A stretch of 64,000 bases of DNA from a virus. A model generated the notes under the pieces. The model ran no database searches and had not been told where the DNA came from. It was given only the letters and a program-made list of their open reading frames with translations. The position numbers were made by a program, and so were the translations under genes. Numbering within the stretch: position 1 is the first letter of the stretch; each line of letters starts with the position of its first letter. Of the stretch, positions 20,378-29,633 are shown piece by piece. The stretch covers positions 4,440 to 68,439 of the IMG/VR virus record IMGVR_UViG_3300017917_003843; one strand, 5' to 3'.

Positions 20378-20460
20378 GAGTGGCCCTGTCTAAAAGACGG
20401 GCCACTACTCCATATTAATTAACTCTTAAGAGCGAACAGGTAATGAATCTGTTCTAAATG
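20378..20460 (-). other. Multi-hairpin structured element/terminator
   Basis: GAACAG/CTGTTC, GCTC/GAGT and AGTGGCCC-GTC/GAC-AGGGCCACT stems. Confidence 0.5.
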
Positions 20461-20470
20461 TTATTTTATA

Positions 20471-20926
20471 TTAATCTAATTCTAAATCAGCTAATCCCAA
20501 ATCAGCAACAGATGTACGTGGTCTAGCAGTAGCAGGTTCTTTAGTTTTAGCAGCATATGATTCAGTTGAGATCAATCCTTTTTCAACTAATTGATTAAAT
20601 AAAGGATTAACAGCTGGTTGAGGAACGCCTTTTTCTTTAGCATAGTCAATCTTTTGAACACGTTGTCCTTCTTTATTTTTCTTAAATAAATAAATTAAGA
20701 TAGCAACGTGTGATGCTCTAAGACCTTCAGGCAATTCACCTGTAGCTTGTGCTTGCTTTAAAGCTTCTTTTCCTTCGTCAGTAATAGAATAAGCACCACC
20801 AGTACCAGCAGTACGAGCCATTTCATCTAAATCTTCTTCTTCTGCCATCATTGACTCTGCAATTACCGGCATGCCAGCTAATTTTTGCATTCTAGCTGAT
20901 TCTAAAATAAATTTTTTATCTTTCAT
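20471..20926 (-). CDS. Putative internal head protein, winged-helix paralogue with scaffold-like leader
   Basis: ESARMQKLAG, LDE|MAR, VQKIDYAKEKGVPQPAVNPLFNQLVEKGLI. Confidence 0.6.
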   Translation of the reverse strand: MKDKKFILESARMQKLAGMPVIAESMMAEEEDLDEMARTAGTGGAYSITDEGKEALKQAQATGELPEGLRASHVAILIYLFKKNKEGQRVQKIDYAKEKGVPQPAVNPLFNQLVEKGLISTESYAAKTKEPATARPRTSVADLGLADLELD

Positions 20927-20977
20927 TTTCTTAAATAGGGGTATTTTATGATAAATATGTTATGGGGGTTGTTTTCT

Positions 20978-21184
20978 TTAATTTTTAGTACTGTATTTAA
21001 AATTTCCTGTTTTCAAACGTTGTAATAAATCATATTGTTTATCAGTAGCAGCACCATTGTTTGCTTTAACGTTATTAATTATTTTTTGAATAAATTGACG
21101 TTGTTGAATAGATATACCATTAGATATATCTAATACTTGTTGAAAATATTGGGGATTAATATTTTTTGTTCTTTCTAGTGCCAT
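20978..21184 (-). CDS. Hypothetical protein
   Basis: ORF track, in operon. Confidence 0.55.
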   Translation of the reverse strand: MALERTKNINPQYFQQVLDISNGISIQQRQFIQKIINNVKANNGAATDKQYDLLQRLKTGNFKYSTKN

Positions 21185-21185
21185 G

Positions 21186-21542
21186 TTAACCTACAATATA
21201 ATCTTGTCCTCCAACTTTAGCGGATATAATAGTGCTAAGATTGATTATTCTATAATCATTTTTTTGTAAATCATATACAGGTAATAAACCTTTAGATATA
21301 GGGTCATAAGGTAATGAACCCCCTCTTAAGTATCTTTTAACACCTAAGCGAGCGTTCATTACTCTTGTTGTACCATCTTTTTTAACAAATGTTACAGTAA
21401 ATATTTCTCCTTTACCTGAATTACGAGGATCAGTTGTTTTAATTATTTTAACTAATTCATCACGACTAACACGCATAGCAGCTTCTTTAACTAATCGTCT
21501 TACTTCAGTAATTAACTGTTGTTTAAATTTACTTACTTTCAT
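21186..21542 (-). CDS. SH3/WYL-like beta-barrel protein with cargo-type leader
   Basis: FTVTFVKKDGTTRVMNARLGV...VYDLQKNDYRIIN. Confidence 0.6.
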   Translation of the reverse strand: MKVSKFKQQLITEVRRLVKEAAMRVSRDELVKIIKTTDPRNSGKGEIFTVTFVKKDGTTRVMNARLGVKRYLRGGSLPYDPISKGLLPVYDLQKNDYRIINLSTIISAKVGGQDYIVG

Positions 21543-21579
21543 TCCTTACACAGTTGAATGTATGGATATAAATATATTA

Positions 21580-22347
21580 TTATTCTGTACTCTTAGTAAC
21601 AGTAGCTTCGTAAATTCTATTAGATACAGTATGATACCTAAAACAATCATTACATTGTAATTGAACACGTGGTGTTCCAGTTGCTGTATAGCGTTTTTGG
21701 GAAAATCTCAAATTAGTAGACCCACACTCAGGGCATGAACAAGAATCACCATTATTTAAAGCACCATAATGTGTTTTGTGGGGAACATAACTTGCAATAT
21801 GATCGTATACTTTTTCAAGTATTACTACATCATTCTTACAATAATCAACCATTTGTTTTAATGCCTTCTTATCATTATTTAAAACAATATTTTTCCACAA
21901 ATCAAATCCAGTTTCTGTTTTTCCACCTACACCTAAATAATGTGCAATATAATCTAAACGATTACTATTAAAACGGAATTTAGAACGAGCATGTTTTAGT
22001 GTATCAATTGTAGTATATGTTGGAAAACAAGGAATACCATGAAATAAACAACGTGTTCTAATCCATGGTAAATCGTATTTATCTCCGTTATGTCCTATCA
22101 ATTCATGAGCTTCATTAGCTATTTCCATGAATTTTTCTAACATTGCTTTATCATCTTGGTTTTCATCCCACGTTAGAGAGTAAACCTTATCTTCACCAGC
22201 CCATTTGTAACAAATACAAATAATAGCTCGTTCTTTAATAATGTTGGTATATGGTACGTTTAGCTTATAACCAGCCGACCAAAAAAATCCGATATTGGGA
22301 CTTGTTTCGATATCGAAAATTAACCTTTTCTTATTGATTTTATTCAT
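21580..22347 (-). CDS. DnaQ/RNase H-like 3'-5' exonuclease with C-terminal Zn ribbon
   Basis: FDIET, GHNGDKYD, IDTLK, YCKNDV; CPECGS...CNDC. Confidence 0.85.
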   Translation of the reverse strand: MNKINKKRLIFDIETSPNIGFFWSAGYKLNVPYTNIIKERAIICICYKWAGEDKVYSLTWDENQDDKAMLEKFMEIANEAHELIGHNGDKYDLPWIRTRCLFHGIPCFPTYTTIDTLKHARSKFRFNSNRLDYIAHYLGVGGKTETGFDLWKNIVLNNDKKALKQMVDYCKNDVVILEKVYDHIASYVPHKTHYGALNNGDSCSCPECGSTNLRFSQKRYTATGTPRVQLQCNDCFRYHTVSNRIYEATVTKSTE

Positions 22348-22400
22348 AACAAGTTTTTTGTTGACTCTAAATGTAATTCCAATAGTTGGGTTTCCCTAAT

Positions 22401-22892
22401 CTATTGTAACTCCTCATCAGATATAGGTGTAGGAGTAGTATTTGCAGGTTCGCCTGATGCAGGGGTTAATTTTTGTTGAGCTAAATCTTCAGCTGATAGA
22501 TTAGCATTTATGGGACCATATTGGATTAGTTCAGATAATGCTTTAACAGCACGTTCTCTTTCTTGAAGTATTAACATATCATACTTCATTCCTGCTATTT
22601 TAACAAGGAAATCTTCTGTATTCCAAATTAATGTAAATGTTTGTTGATTAGGAAGTATAACTTTAAATGTGGTTGGTTTAGGAGCAACCCACTGAATATC
22701 TTGAACAAATATTCTAAATTGTAAAGTCATTAGTTTTTCTAATGTTTGACGTAATTGGGGAAAACGTGCTAACATAAGATTCATTGGAGATTCAGGATTA
22801 TCTTGATACGCAGCATTATCTGTTTTACCAGTTAATTGGCGTACTCTACCACGAATATAATCTTCTAACTCTTGTTTTGACTTAAATTCCAT
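22401..22892 (-). CDS. Hypothetical protein (cargo-type leader)
   Basis: ORF track; KQELEDYIR leader. Confidence 0.6.
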   Translation of the reverse strand: MEFKSKQELEDYIRGRVRQLTGKTDNAAYQDNPESPMNLMLARFPQLRQTLEKLMTLQFRIFVQDIQWVAPKPTTFKVILPNQQTFTLIWNTEDFLVKIAGMKYDMLILQERERAVKALSELIQYGPINANLSAEDLAQQKLTPASGEPANTTPTPISDEELQ

Positions 22893-23686
22893 TATTTTTT
22901 AGCTTTTGCTTTTTTAATTGCTATATTTCTTGCTCTTAAATAATCATCACTATCTACATCCCCATCATCATCTAAATCTTTACCTTTTTTTTCTGCTACT
23001 ACTACATCTAATGGATCTTTTTCTTCTATTTTTAATGCATTCATAGTAGCATCTATTTGAGCTACATTTTCTTCACCATCTAAATAGTCAAAAGCACCTT
23101 GTAAATAATCTTTAGCTTTAATAATTTTGGATTGCCACCATTGTGGAAAATCTACTTCCATACCTGTATCACCATATGCATCTATTTTTTTATATAACAT
23201 AGCAGCCATTTTAGCGGCTCTAGCTAGTTCATTTTTAAGCATTCCTGGCTCATCATCTTGGTGTCCTACATCTAAATCTTCAGTGTACATCCCACTAGAA
23301 GCAATATTACGTTGGCGTTCTAGAGTATATAATATATCATATAATTCACTTTCAACTGCTTGTAATCCTTTAGATACAGCTTCATCTTGATCAACACTAA
23401 AATCCATTTTTTGTTCAATTTTGGTTAATATAGCACCAATATTAAACAATAATCTATCAGGTGTTTGCTCATTAGCAGTAGTTTCGTTTTCCTCATTTAA
23501 TCCTTTATCTTTAGCGCTTAAATAAGCAGCTACAGCCATTTTATGTCTTTTTTCTTTACCCGCTTTTTTAAATTGAGGTGCTTTAGATTTAGCAAAATCT
23601 TTAACATATTCACCCGCGCCCATAGATGGCTTTAATTTTTCGCTTATTACGCGACGGATCATTTCTTTTAATTCGGATTGTTTCAT
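22892..23686 (-). CDS. Putative internal head polyprotein
   Basis: MKQSELKEMIR leader; ISE/LNE/YTE/IEE sites; DLDDDGDVDSDDY EF-hand-like loop. Confidence 0.6.
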   Translation of the reverse strand: MKQSELKEMIRRVISEKLKPSMGAGEYVKDFAKSKAPQFKKAGKEKRHKMAVAAYLSAKDKGLNEENETTANEQTPDRLLFNIGAILTKIEQKMDFSVDQDEAVSKGLQAVESELYDILYTLERQRNIASSGMYTEDLDVGHQDDEPGMLKNELARAAKMAAMLYKKIDAYGDTGMEVDFPQWWQSKIIKAKDYLQGAFDYLDGEENVAQIDATMNALKIEEKDPLDVVVAEKKGKDLDDDGDVDSDDYLRARNIAIKKAKAKK

Positions 23687-23698
23687 ATAATATAAATA

Positions 23699-24667
23699 TT
23701 AATCGTATCTATTCGCTTTATCTAAAAAATAGGCTTTAGTATTACTATATTCTTCTCTACTTTTTTCGTAAGCAGGTATTTTAAATCGCCCATACCATGG
23801 TTGGCTTCTATCAATAATAACCTTTAATGAAAGATCTTTATTTTTTTTCCAATTTTCTAAATGCCAATCTTTATCAATTACCGTTAAACTATCACTATGA
23901 GGATCAGGTAAACTATCACCTTTTTGAATATTTTTTCCTAATTCTAATTCACCAATAGTAACTGTATCAACATCATTTCCTTCACTAATAACAGTATCTA
24001 AAGCAGCCTCACCCTCTTTTCCTGGGTTGTAAAAGGTAATATCTCCATTTGGGGTTACTTCTTTAATTTTAACATTAACAGGATACATACCCACACTTGG
24101 ATTTATTTTAGGTGAATACTTTTTAAGTAAACTACGTAAATTTGAAGGTATTTTATCTGTTATTTGTTTAATTAATTCAGGTGTTACTAATCTATAATCA
24201 GCACTAGGACGACCACGTTCAATTTGTTCTAATGCTGATTTCATTAATGGGTTAATATATAACTTGTATTCTGAACCTCCGCCTTGTTTATTAACTAATC
24301 CTTTGGTTACTAGATTATCAAATATTTTAGATACAGATAAAGGAGCAATACCAGCAGCATCAGCATAATCAGCTTTTTGAATATCACCTGCTTTAAAAGT
24401 TGATATTAATGCTTTAAGTTCATCAATTGTTGTTCCTTTAGGTAAAGTATTATCTACTTTAGCTTGTTTTAAAATATCTTTACCTTTATCAGATATAGAA
24501 AATGTTTCTACAGTATCACCATCACTTTTCTTTTTTAACAATTTAAAATACTCATTAAATTGACCTCTTCTAAGATCTTTAGGAAATTCTATAGTAGGAG
24601 GAATAAATCGTCTACCTTTTTTAACATCACCAATTGCTTCAGGTAGTAAATCGGTTAATTTAGTCAT
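23699..24667 (-). CDS. Putative internal head protein, winged-helix paralogue
   Basis: MTKLTDLLPE leader; FSISDKGKDILKQA...IQKADYA...FDNLVTKGLV. Confidence 0.6.
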   Translation of the reverse strand: MTKLTDLLPEAIGDVKKGRRFIPPTIEFPKDLRRGQFNEYFKLLKKKSDGDTVETFSISDKGKDILKQAKVDNTLPKGTTIDELKALISTFKAGDIQKADYADAAGIAPLSVSKIFDNLVTKGLVNKQGGGSEYKLYINPLMKSALEQIERGRPSADYRLVTPELIKQITDKIPSNLRSLLKKYSPKINPSVGMYPVNVKIKEVTPNGDITFYNPGKEGEAALDTVISEGNDVDTVTIGELELGKNIQKGDSLPDPHSDSLTVIDKDWHLENWKKNKDLSLKVIIDRSQPWYGRFKIPAYEKSREEYSNTKAYFLDKANRYD

Positions 24668-24923
24668 ATTTGTAAATTTTTAATATCAAATCACCTGTGC
24701 CTTTTATTAAACGGTGATACTTATGTTTGGGTATAAATATAGGAGGAATAAACGTAGTAGGCAATTCGTTTTCTAATTGTATTTTCCAATTAGTTTCTCC
24801 TTGAAGGTATAATGTTCTATGTTCATTATCACGGTGCCACATTAACTCAATAGGATCTACATTTTCATCAAATTTGCGAATAACATATTCCTCAGTAGTT
24901 TTTATGTCAACATAGAGATTCAT
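24660..24923 (-). CDS. Small cupin-like protein
   Basis: WHRD...E...IFIPKHKYHRLIKG. Confidence 0.6.
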   Translation of the reverse strand: MNLYVDIKTTEEYVIRKFDENVDPIELMWHRDNEHRTLYLQGETNWKIQLENELPTTFIPPIFIPKHKYHRLIKGTGDLILKIYKYD

Positions 24924-25027
24924 TATGATTTTTTCTTATATATGCCTCGTTTTTGTTGTAATTTAATTGCTGCTTTAGCAATTGCTTTACGAGCTTTTTT
25001 CTTTTGTTCTGCTTTAGTAGTTTGCAT
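24923..25027 (-). CDS. 34-aa basic peptide MQTTKAEQKKKARK... (not in ORF track)
   Basis: Fills the gap exactly; TAATG overlap with the next gene. Confidence 0.55.
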   Translation of the reverse strand: MQTTKAEQKKKARKAIAKAAIKLQQKRGIYKKKS

Positions 25028-25030
25028 TAT

Positions 25031-25558
25031 TTAAAAATCTAACATTTTTATGTTTCCTTTTTTATCATAACCAAACTGTCCTCCATGAAAATCATAAATA
25101 TCAAACCAACCACTTTTAAAACGTTTAGTTTGAACAACATTATTGTATAATTTAATATAAAAATCAGCTATTTCATCATCTTGTTGTCTTATTTTAGCAA
25201 CAAGTTTATCAAAGTAATCTTTATCACGTTCAGCACGTTTAATTGTACTTAAAATACTATTATCAATAATAGAAGCTAATACATCAAAATCAACTTCAAA
25301 TTGTTCAGTATCTAAACGTTCCATTTCAACCCATGTTATATCTTTATCACCTTTATAAATCCCAGTTTTATATATAATAGGAAATAAATCAGGACGAGAT
25401 TTAAATATAGGTACCCATTTATTTACATATTTAGTTTCACCTACTTTATATACTTTATTTGGGTCTTTAGAGGGATAAACATTGTGTTCTAGTCCTTGAC
25501 CAAGTATATCTTTATTAATAGTAGATAATTCGTTTAATATGTCTTCTAATTTAATCAT
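25031..25558 (-). CDS. Minimal protein-kinase-like (PKL fold) protein with cargo leader
   Basis: LGQGLEHNVY Gly loop, KVYKV, EMERL, DFHGGQFG, KMLDF. Confidence 0.65.
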   Translation of the reverse strand: MIKLEDILNELSTINKDILGQGLEHNVYPSKDPNKVYKVGETKYVNKWVPIFKSRPDLFPIIYKTGIYKGDKDITWVEMERLDTEQFEVDFDVLASIIDNSILSTIKRAERDKDYFDKLVAKIRQQDDEIADFYIKLYNNVVQTKRFKSGWFDIYDFHGGQFGYDKKGNIKMLDF

Positions 25559-25559
25559 A

Positions 25560-26387
25560 TTACCAATATCCTGAAAATGTTGTTTTAAATCCTAATAATT
25601 TGGCATATCGAGGTAAACGGCATGACCAATATGATGCTTTTGTTCTATCTTTTTTATTAGGACAATCGTGACGAGCAGAAAATGCTTTACGTGCTTTTGG
25701 ATTATTTAATTTAGCACGTAATCCTGTTGTATCACCGAATGATACTTTTTTAATTTTACCTTTATCCTTAACGTACACATAGAATTTTTTAGAACCACCG
25801 CGTTTTGGTTTTCCAATAGGTGGGTTCTTTTTTTTATCTTTAGATTCAGATAGATTTTTTGTTATATTGTATAAACCAGTTGACTCCATGCGTTCTAATC
25901 CATTTAAAGCTACATTATTTACTGTTACTTTATTATCTCCTACTTTTAAATCTTTCATTTGATTGGGAGCTAACATTTTACTAAAAGTTGGTGTAGATTT
26001 AAATTTATCTATCAATTTTTGATCAGTAAATGATATAATAATACTATGTGTATTTTTATTATTTTCATCTAATGATTCATGTAAATCAATTAGTTCATCT
26101 AATGAAATAGGATAATCTAATGGTACCTTAATACCGTTATACATTCCGTATTCACCAATATTTGATTCTAATAATTCAGCATCTTCTTCAGTTACTGAAA
26201 GTAATGAGTTATTATATAATGCTCGTGCTTCTTGAAATAAAGCAAAATAATTAGCAGATAAAGGACGGTATATATTTTCAAGTAATGGAACACCGTTTGC
26301 AATATGATATTGCATACCTTCAGATAAAAGAATACCTTTAGATTCTTTAATTAGTTGAGGTCCATTACATCCACAATCATTATTCAT
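25560..26387 (-). CDS. Conserved-type phage protein with basic C-terminal domain
   Basis: Start re-called at MNNDCGC; KKFYVYVK...KKVSFGD...ARHDC...YWSC. Confidence 0.65.
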   Translation of the reverse strand: MNNDCGCNGPQLIKESKGILLSEGMQYHIANGVPLLENIYRPLSANYFALFQEARALYNNSLLSVTEEDAELLESNIGEYGMYNGIKVPLDYPISLDELIDLHESLDENNKNTHSIIISFTDQKLIDKFKSTPTFSKMLAPNQMKDLKVGDNKVTVNNVALNGLERMESTGLYNITKNLSESKDKKKNPPIGKPKRGGSKKFYVYVKDKGKIKKVSFGDTTGLRAKLNNPKARKAFSARHDCPNKKDRTKASYWSCRLPRYAKLLGFKTTFSGYW

Positions 26388-26391
26388 AATA

Positions 26392-26808
26392 TTATTTATT
26401 AAATTTAACTTTTGCTTTTTCAGTATTAGCAACAAATTGTTTACCTTTTTTAGAACCTGCTACTTTTTTACGAGCAGTAGCAGCGCGTTCAGCTTTAGTT
26501 AAACGATTTGCTTTAGCACGAGGCAAACAACGAGTTGTTGCTTTACCTTTCTTCATTGTACCGCAAGGACCAGTTATATTACCTTGAGTATCGATTCGTA
26601 CCCAATCTTCTTTTTCAAACCAATCACGTAATGATTCATCTAAATCATCTTCTTCCATTAATCCTTTACATACTTTAACAGCGCGACCAGAAAGATAAGC
26701 TGATGGTTTTTCACCAGCAGCTATACGGCGATTATAATATGCTCTACCTTTAGGACAAAGTTTTTTTTCTAAAAGCGTTTCTAATAATATGTCAGATAGT
26801 TTTATCAT
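26392..26808 (-). CDS. Basic Cys-containing protein with cargo leader
   Basis: MIKLSDILLE; LDE|SLRDWF...WVRID...CG...RCLP. Confidence 0.65.
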   Translation of the reverse strand: MIKLSDILLETLLEKKLCPKGRAYYNRRIAAGEKPSAYLSGRAVKVCKGLMEEDDLDESLRDWFEKEDWVRIDTQGNITGPCGTMKKGKATTRCLPRAKANRLTKAERAATARKKVAGSKKGKQFVANTEKAKVKFNK

Positions 26809-26823
26809 ATATATAAATATTTA

Positions 26824-27486
26824 TTACTCATCCATATACGTAAAAGTAGTAGAACCTGCTGCTGACCACCTATCAGAATTTTCACATATCCATGTTTTGG
26901 TTGAAAATTTAAAGTATGGAACTTTTAAATCTGTTGATGGTGTTTGTGATTGATGTTTCCATAATATTCTATTATTTGGTTGAGCAGCAAATTGACCATT
27001 ATCTAATTTAATAACATTAAATGATTTGTGCTCATTTGGTGTTTCAGACCATGATACATCTATCTCGTTTGGATCAGATGAACATGAATCAATAGTAAAT
27101 AAATAATATCCTGGTGCTTTTGATTTATCCTTCATTATTACTTCACAACGAGCATTTCTCAATCGTTGTTTTTTAATAACGGTTATATTATATGAAAAAC
27201 AATCCCATAATTGTAACCAATCTAATGGGTATAAATTATTTTTATCTATATTTGTTTTCCAAACAAAAGCATGAATAGGTAATTTATCGTACAATGCACC
27301 GTAATTATGTACAAACGATTCAAAATATAATGCTTGATTGGGGATTGATTTTGTTGTTATCCAATGAGCAGATTCATACTCATCTTCACCTAATAATTTA
27401 CCTTTATTATCTTTAATAAAGTCATATAAAAATTCTTTACGTATAAAAACCTCTGTTGGTGGTATGTTTGCAACTAAATATGCCAT
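26824..27486 (-). CDS. Conserved-type phage hypothetical protein
   Basis: MAYLVANIPP...LQLWDCFSY...EHKS...GQFAAQPNNR. Confidence 0.7.
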   Translation of the reverse strand: MAYLVANIPPTEVFIRKEFLYDFIKDNKGKLLGEDEYESAHWITTKSIPNQALYFESFVHNYGALYDKLPIHAFVWKTNIDKNNLYPLDWLQLWDCFSYNITVIKKQRLRNARCEVIMKDKSKAPGYYLFTIDSCSSDPNEIDVSWSETPNEHKSFNVIKLDNGQFAAQPNNRILWKHQSQTPSTDLKVPYFKFSTKTWICENSDRWSAAGSTTFTYMDE

Positions 27487-27803
27487 TATTTTTCTCTTAT
27501 TAGCAATTCACCTAATACTTCTAAACGTCCAACTTCACGTTGGAATTCAGTTTGAGTCATACCTAATGATATCTTTTTATATGTTTCTTCAAATTCTTTT
27601 TTAGCTGCTTCTTTATCAAATTTACCTTCTTCTGCTTTTTTATAATATGGAGCTTTTACTTTAAAATGATGCCATGTTAATAATGCTAATCCACCTTTTT
27701 CTTCAGCATTAGAAGCAATTTTAGCAGCACCCTTACCACGTATTTGAGCAAATATTTCAAAGCTTTCTTTAGCTTCATTTAGTAGTTGAATAAGTTTAAT
27801 CAT
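27486..27803 (-). CDS. Hypothetical protein with cargo leader
   Basis: MIKLIQLLNE. Confidence 0.6.
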   Translation of the reverse strand: MIKLIQLLNEAKESFEIFAQIRGKGAAKIASNAEEKGGLALLTWHHFKVKAPYYKKAEEGKFDKEAAKKEFEETYKKISLGMTQTEFQREVGRLEVLGELLIREK

Positions 27804-27979
27804 TTTTTTCCTTTGATTTTATAATATATTTGAACAACTAACCAACCAATAGAAGCTATATAAAATATTCCTGTAAGTACTGGGTTGAATAGTTGAAAGA
27901 AACTGTTTAGGGCAGCTAAACAAGTAGTTGCTAAACCTAATGTATTTGCTTCTGGATTATTAAGGTTGTCTAGAATCAT
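27800..27979 (-). CDS. 59-aa membrane protein, holin-like (not in ORF track)
   Basis: MILDNLNNPEANTLGLATTCLAALNSFFQLFNPVLTGIFYIASIGWLVVQIYYKIKGKK; late motif at 28000-28007; ATGA overlap. Confidence 0.6.
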   Translation of the reverse strand: MILDNLNNPEANTLGLATTCLAALNSFFQLFNPVLTGIFYIASIGWLVVQIYYKIKGKK

Positions 27980-28006
27980 TTATTAAGATTATTATACTAA
28001 TAAATA

Positions 28007-28576
28007 TTAAATTTTGGTTGCGTTTTTTATTTTATTTAACTTTTCTAATATTTGCTGTTTAACTTCAACTTTATCTATACCATTACCTACCCAATTTTGA
28101 ATAGTACCATCTTCAGTAACGTAACTATCATTAATTAAATCATCTAAAAATTGATCTAATCCACTAGTTATATTTTCAACAAAATATTTAGCATTATTTC
28201 TAATCATATTTTGTTCATATTCTTCGTATTTACCTTGCATTTTAAGTTCGCTTTCCATTTCTTGAACGCAACGTAAGCAAGTTTGATGAATACCAAACAT
28301 TTTTTTATCTAATGGATGATTCATTGGTTTAGAACATTTAGGGCAAAGTAAAGGTATTATTGCCGATTCTATTTTACGAACAGTACGTTTAATACCGTTT
28401 TTAATAGTCCAAGTACGACCATTTTCTTCCCAAATATCACCTTCATCATGAAATTCTTCAGCTTGTGAATAACCTACAGATGTAATAGTTTTATCATTAA
28501 CCTTTTTAGTAGCTAAATTACGCATACGTTGTAAATCGCGCTCACTAAATTCTTTTTTAAGAGTTGTTTCTTTCAT
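28007..28576 (-). CDS. Zn-binding hypothetical protein
   Basis: CPKC...CLRC. Confidence 0.65.
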   Translation of the reverse strand: MKETTLKKEFSERDLQRMRNLATKKVNDKTITSVGYSQAEEFHDEGDIWEENGRTWTIKNGIKRTVRKIESAIIPLLCPKCSKPMNHPLDKKMFGIHQTCLRCVQEMESELKMQGKYEEYEQNMIRNNAKYFVENITSGLDQFLDDLINDSYVTEDGTIQNWVGNGIDKVEVKQQILEKLNKIKNATKI

Positions 28577-28579
28577 AAC

Positions 28580-29602
28580 TTATTGTTTATGTGTTACTAA
28601 CATTAAAGTTCCATTTCCTTTAATATCGTATTTTGAAGGTAAATTATTATCTATAAATTTTTTTAGTAAATTATATCTTTTTTGATTTATTGGAGATATT
28701 ATTATAGAAATAAAATTAGGATTTCTTTTAATAAAATCTAAAAGTATAGCTGTAACTGTAGCATTTACTCTAATTGCTTTTCCTTCTCCAGTTAAAGGTA
28801 ATTCGCTTATATTTTTATTTTGAATTTTATAAATTAATTCATAATTACCATCATCACTTGGAGAATCATATGCTAAATCATAATCACCATCTTCAATAGT
28901 AAATAATACATCATAATCAAAATTATCTGATTTAAATGTATATTTACTATTTTCTCCTCCAACGTATTTAAATGGATAAGCAGATGATAAATCTTCACCT
29001 ATTTCAGTAATTAAATGTTCAAATAGATTAGGTTTAGCTTGAGCAAAATTTCTCATTATAACTGCTGCTTTAGAATTAGCTTCGTTTTCATCTTCACTAC
29101 CTGTTTTACCTGAGTCTGGTTTTAAACGGCCTTCTAAATCTTGTTTATAATGAACTAATTCATGAGCTAATGTTCTAAAAATATCAGCTGGGTGTCTTTT
29201 AGCAGTTATTATATAAATTGATTTTGTTCCTGGTTGATATCCACCCCATGAGCGCATATCAATTGCTTCTTTAGAATTATTAGAAAATGTAATTTTAGGT
29301 AGTTTATCTAATTTAAGTTCATTCATACATGCTTTCATGAACTCACTAACTAATTTCTTATTTAATGGAGAAATAGATGATTGATCTTCTTCTAAACGTA
29401 CTTTAGATAATTTAGAGTAATATTTTGGATCCTCATATAAATGATCAAGAGCAATCCTAGCAGCAGTTTTAATACTACTAGTATGCTCTTTCTCAACTTT
29501 AATACCCATTTTTAACTGATACTTAATAGCGTCAATATCTACTTTATGTTTATTAGCTATGTCTTGGGGTGACATACTTTTGGATAAATGTCCGTCTTTC
29601 AT
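28580..29602 (-). CDS. Multidomain protein with HExxH metallopeptidase-like domain
   Basis: GIKVEKEH...IALDHLYEDPKYY domain, LEE site, RTLAHELVHYKQ...ENEAN, ITE site, third domain. Confidence 0.65.
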   Translation of the reverse strand: MKDGHLSKSMSPQDIANKHKVDIDAIKYQLKMGIKVEKEHTSSIKTAARIALDHLYEDPKYYSKLSKVRLEEDQSSISPLNKKLVSEFMKACMNELKLDKLPKITFSNNSKEAIDMRSWGGYQPGTKSIYIITAKRHPADIFRTLAHELVHYKQDLEGRLKPDSGKTGSEDENEANSKAAVIMRNFAQAKPNLFEHLITEIGEDLSSAYPFKYVGGENSKYTFKSDNFDYDVLFTIEDGDYDLAYDSPSDDGNYELIYKIQNKNISELPLTGEGKAIRVNATVTAILLDFIKRNPNFISIIISPINQKRYNLLKKFIDNNLPSKYDIKGNGTLMLVTHKQ

Positions 29603-29633
29603 TTAAAATATAGTAAGTACTATATATAAATAT

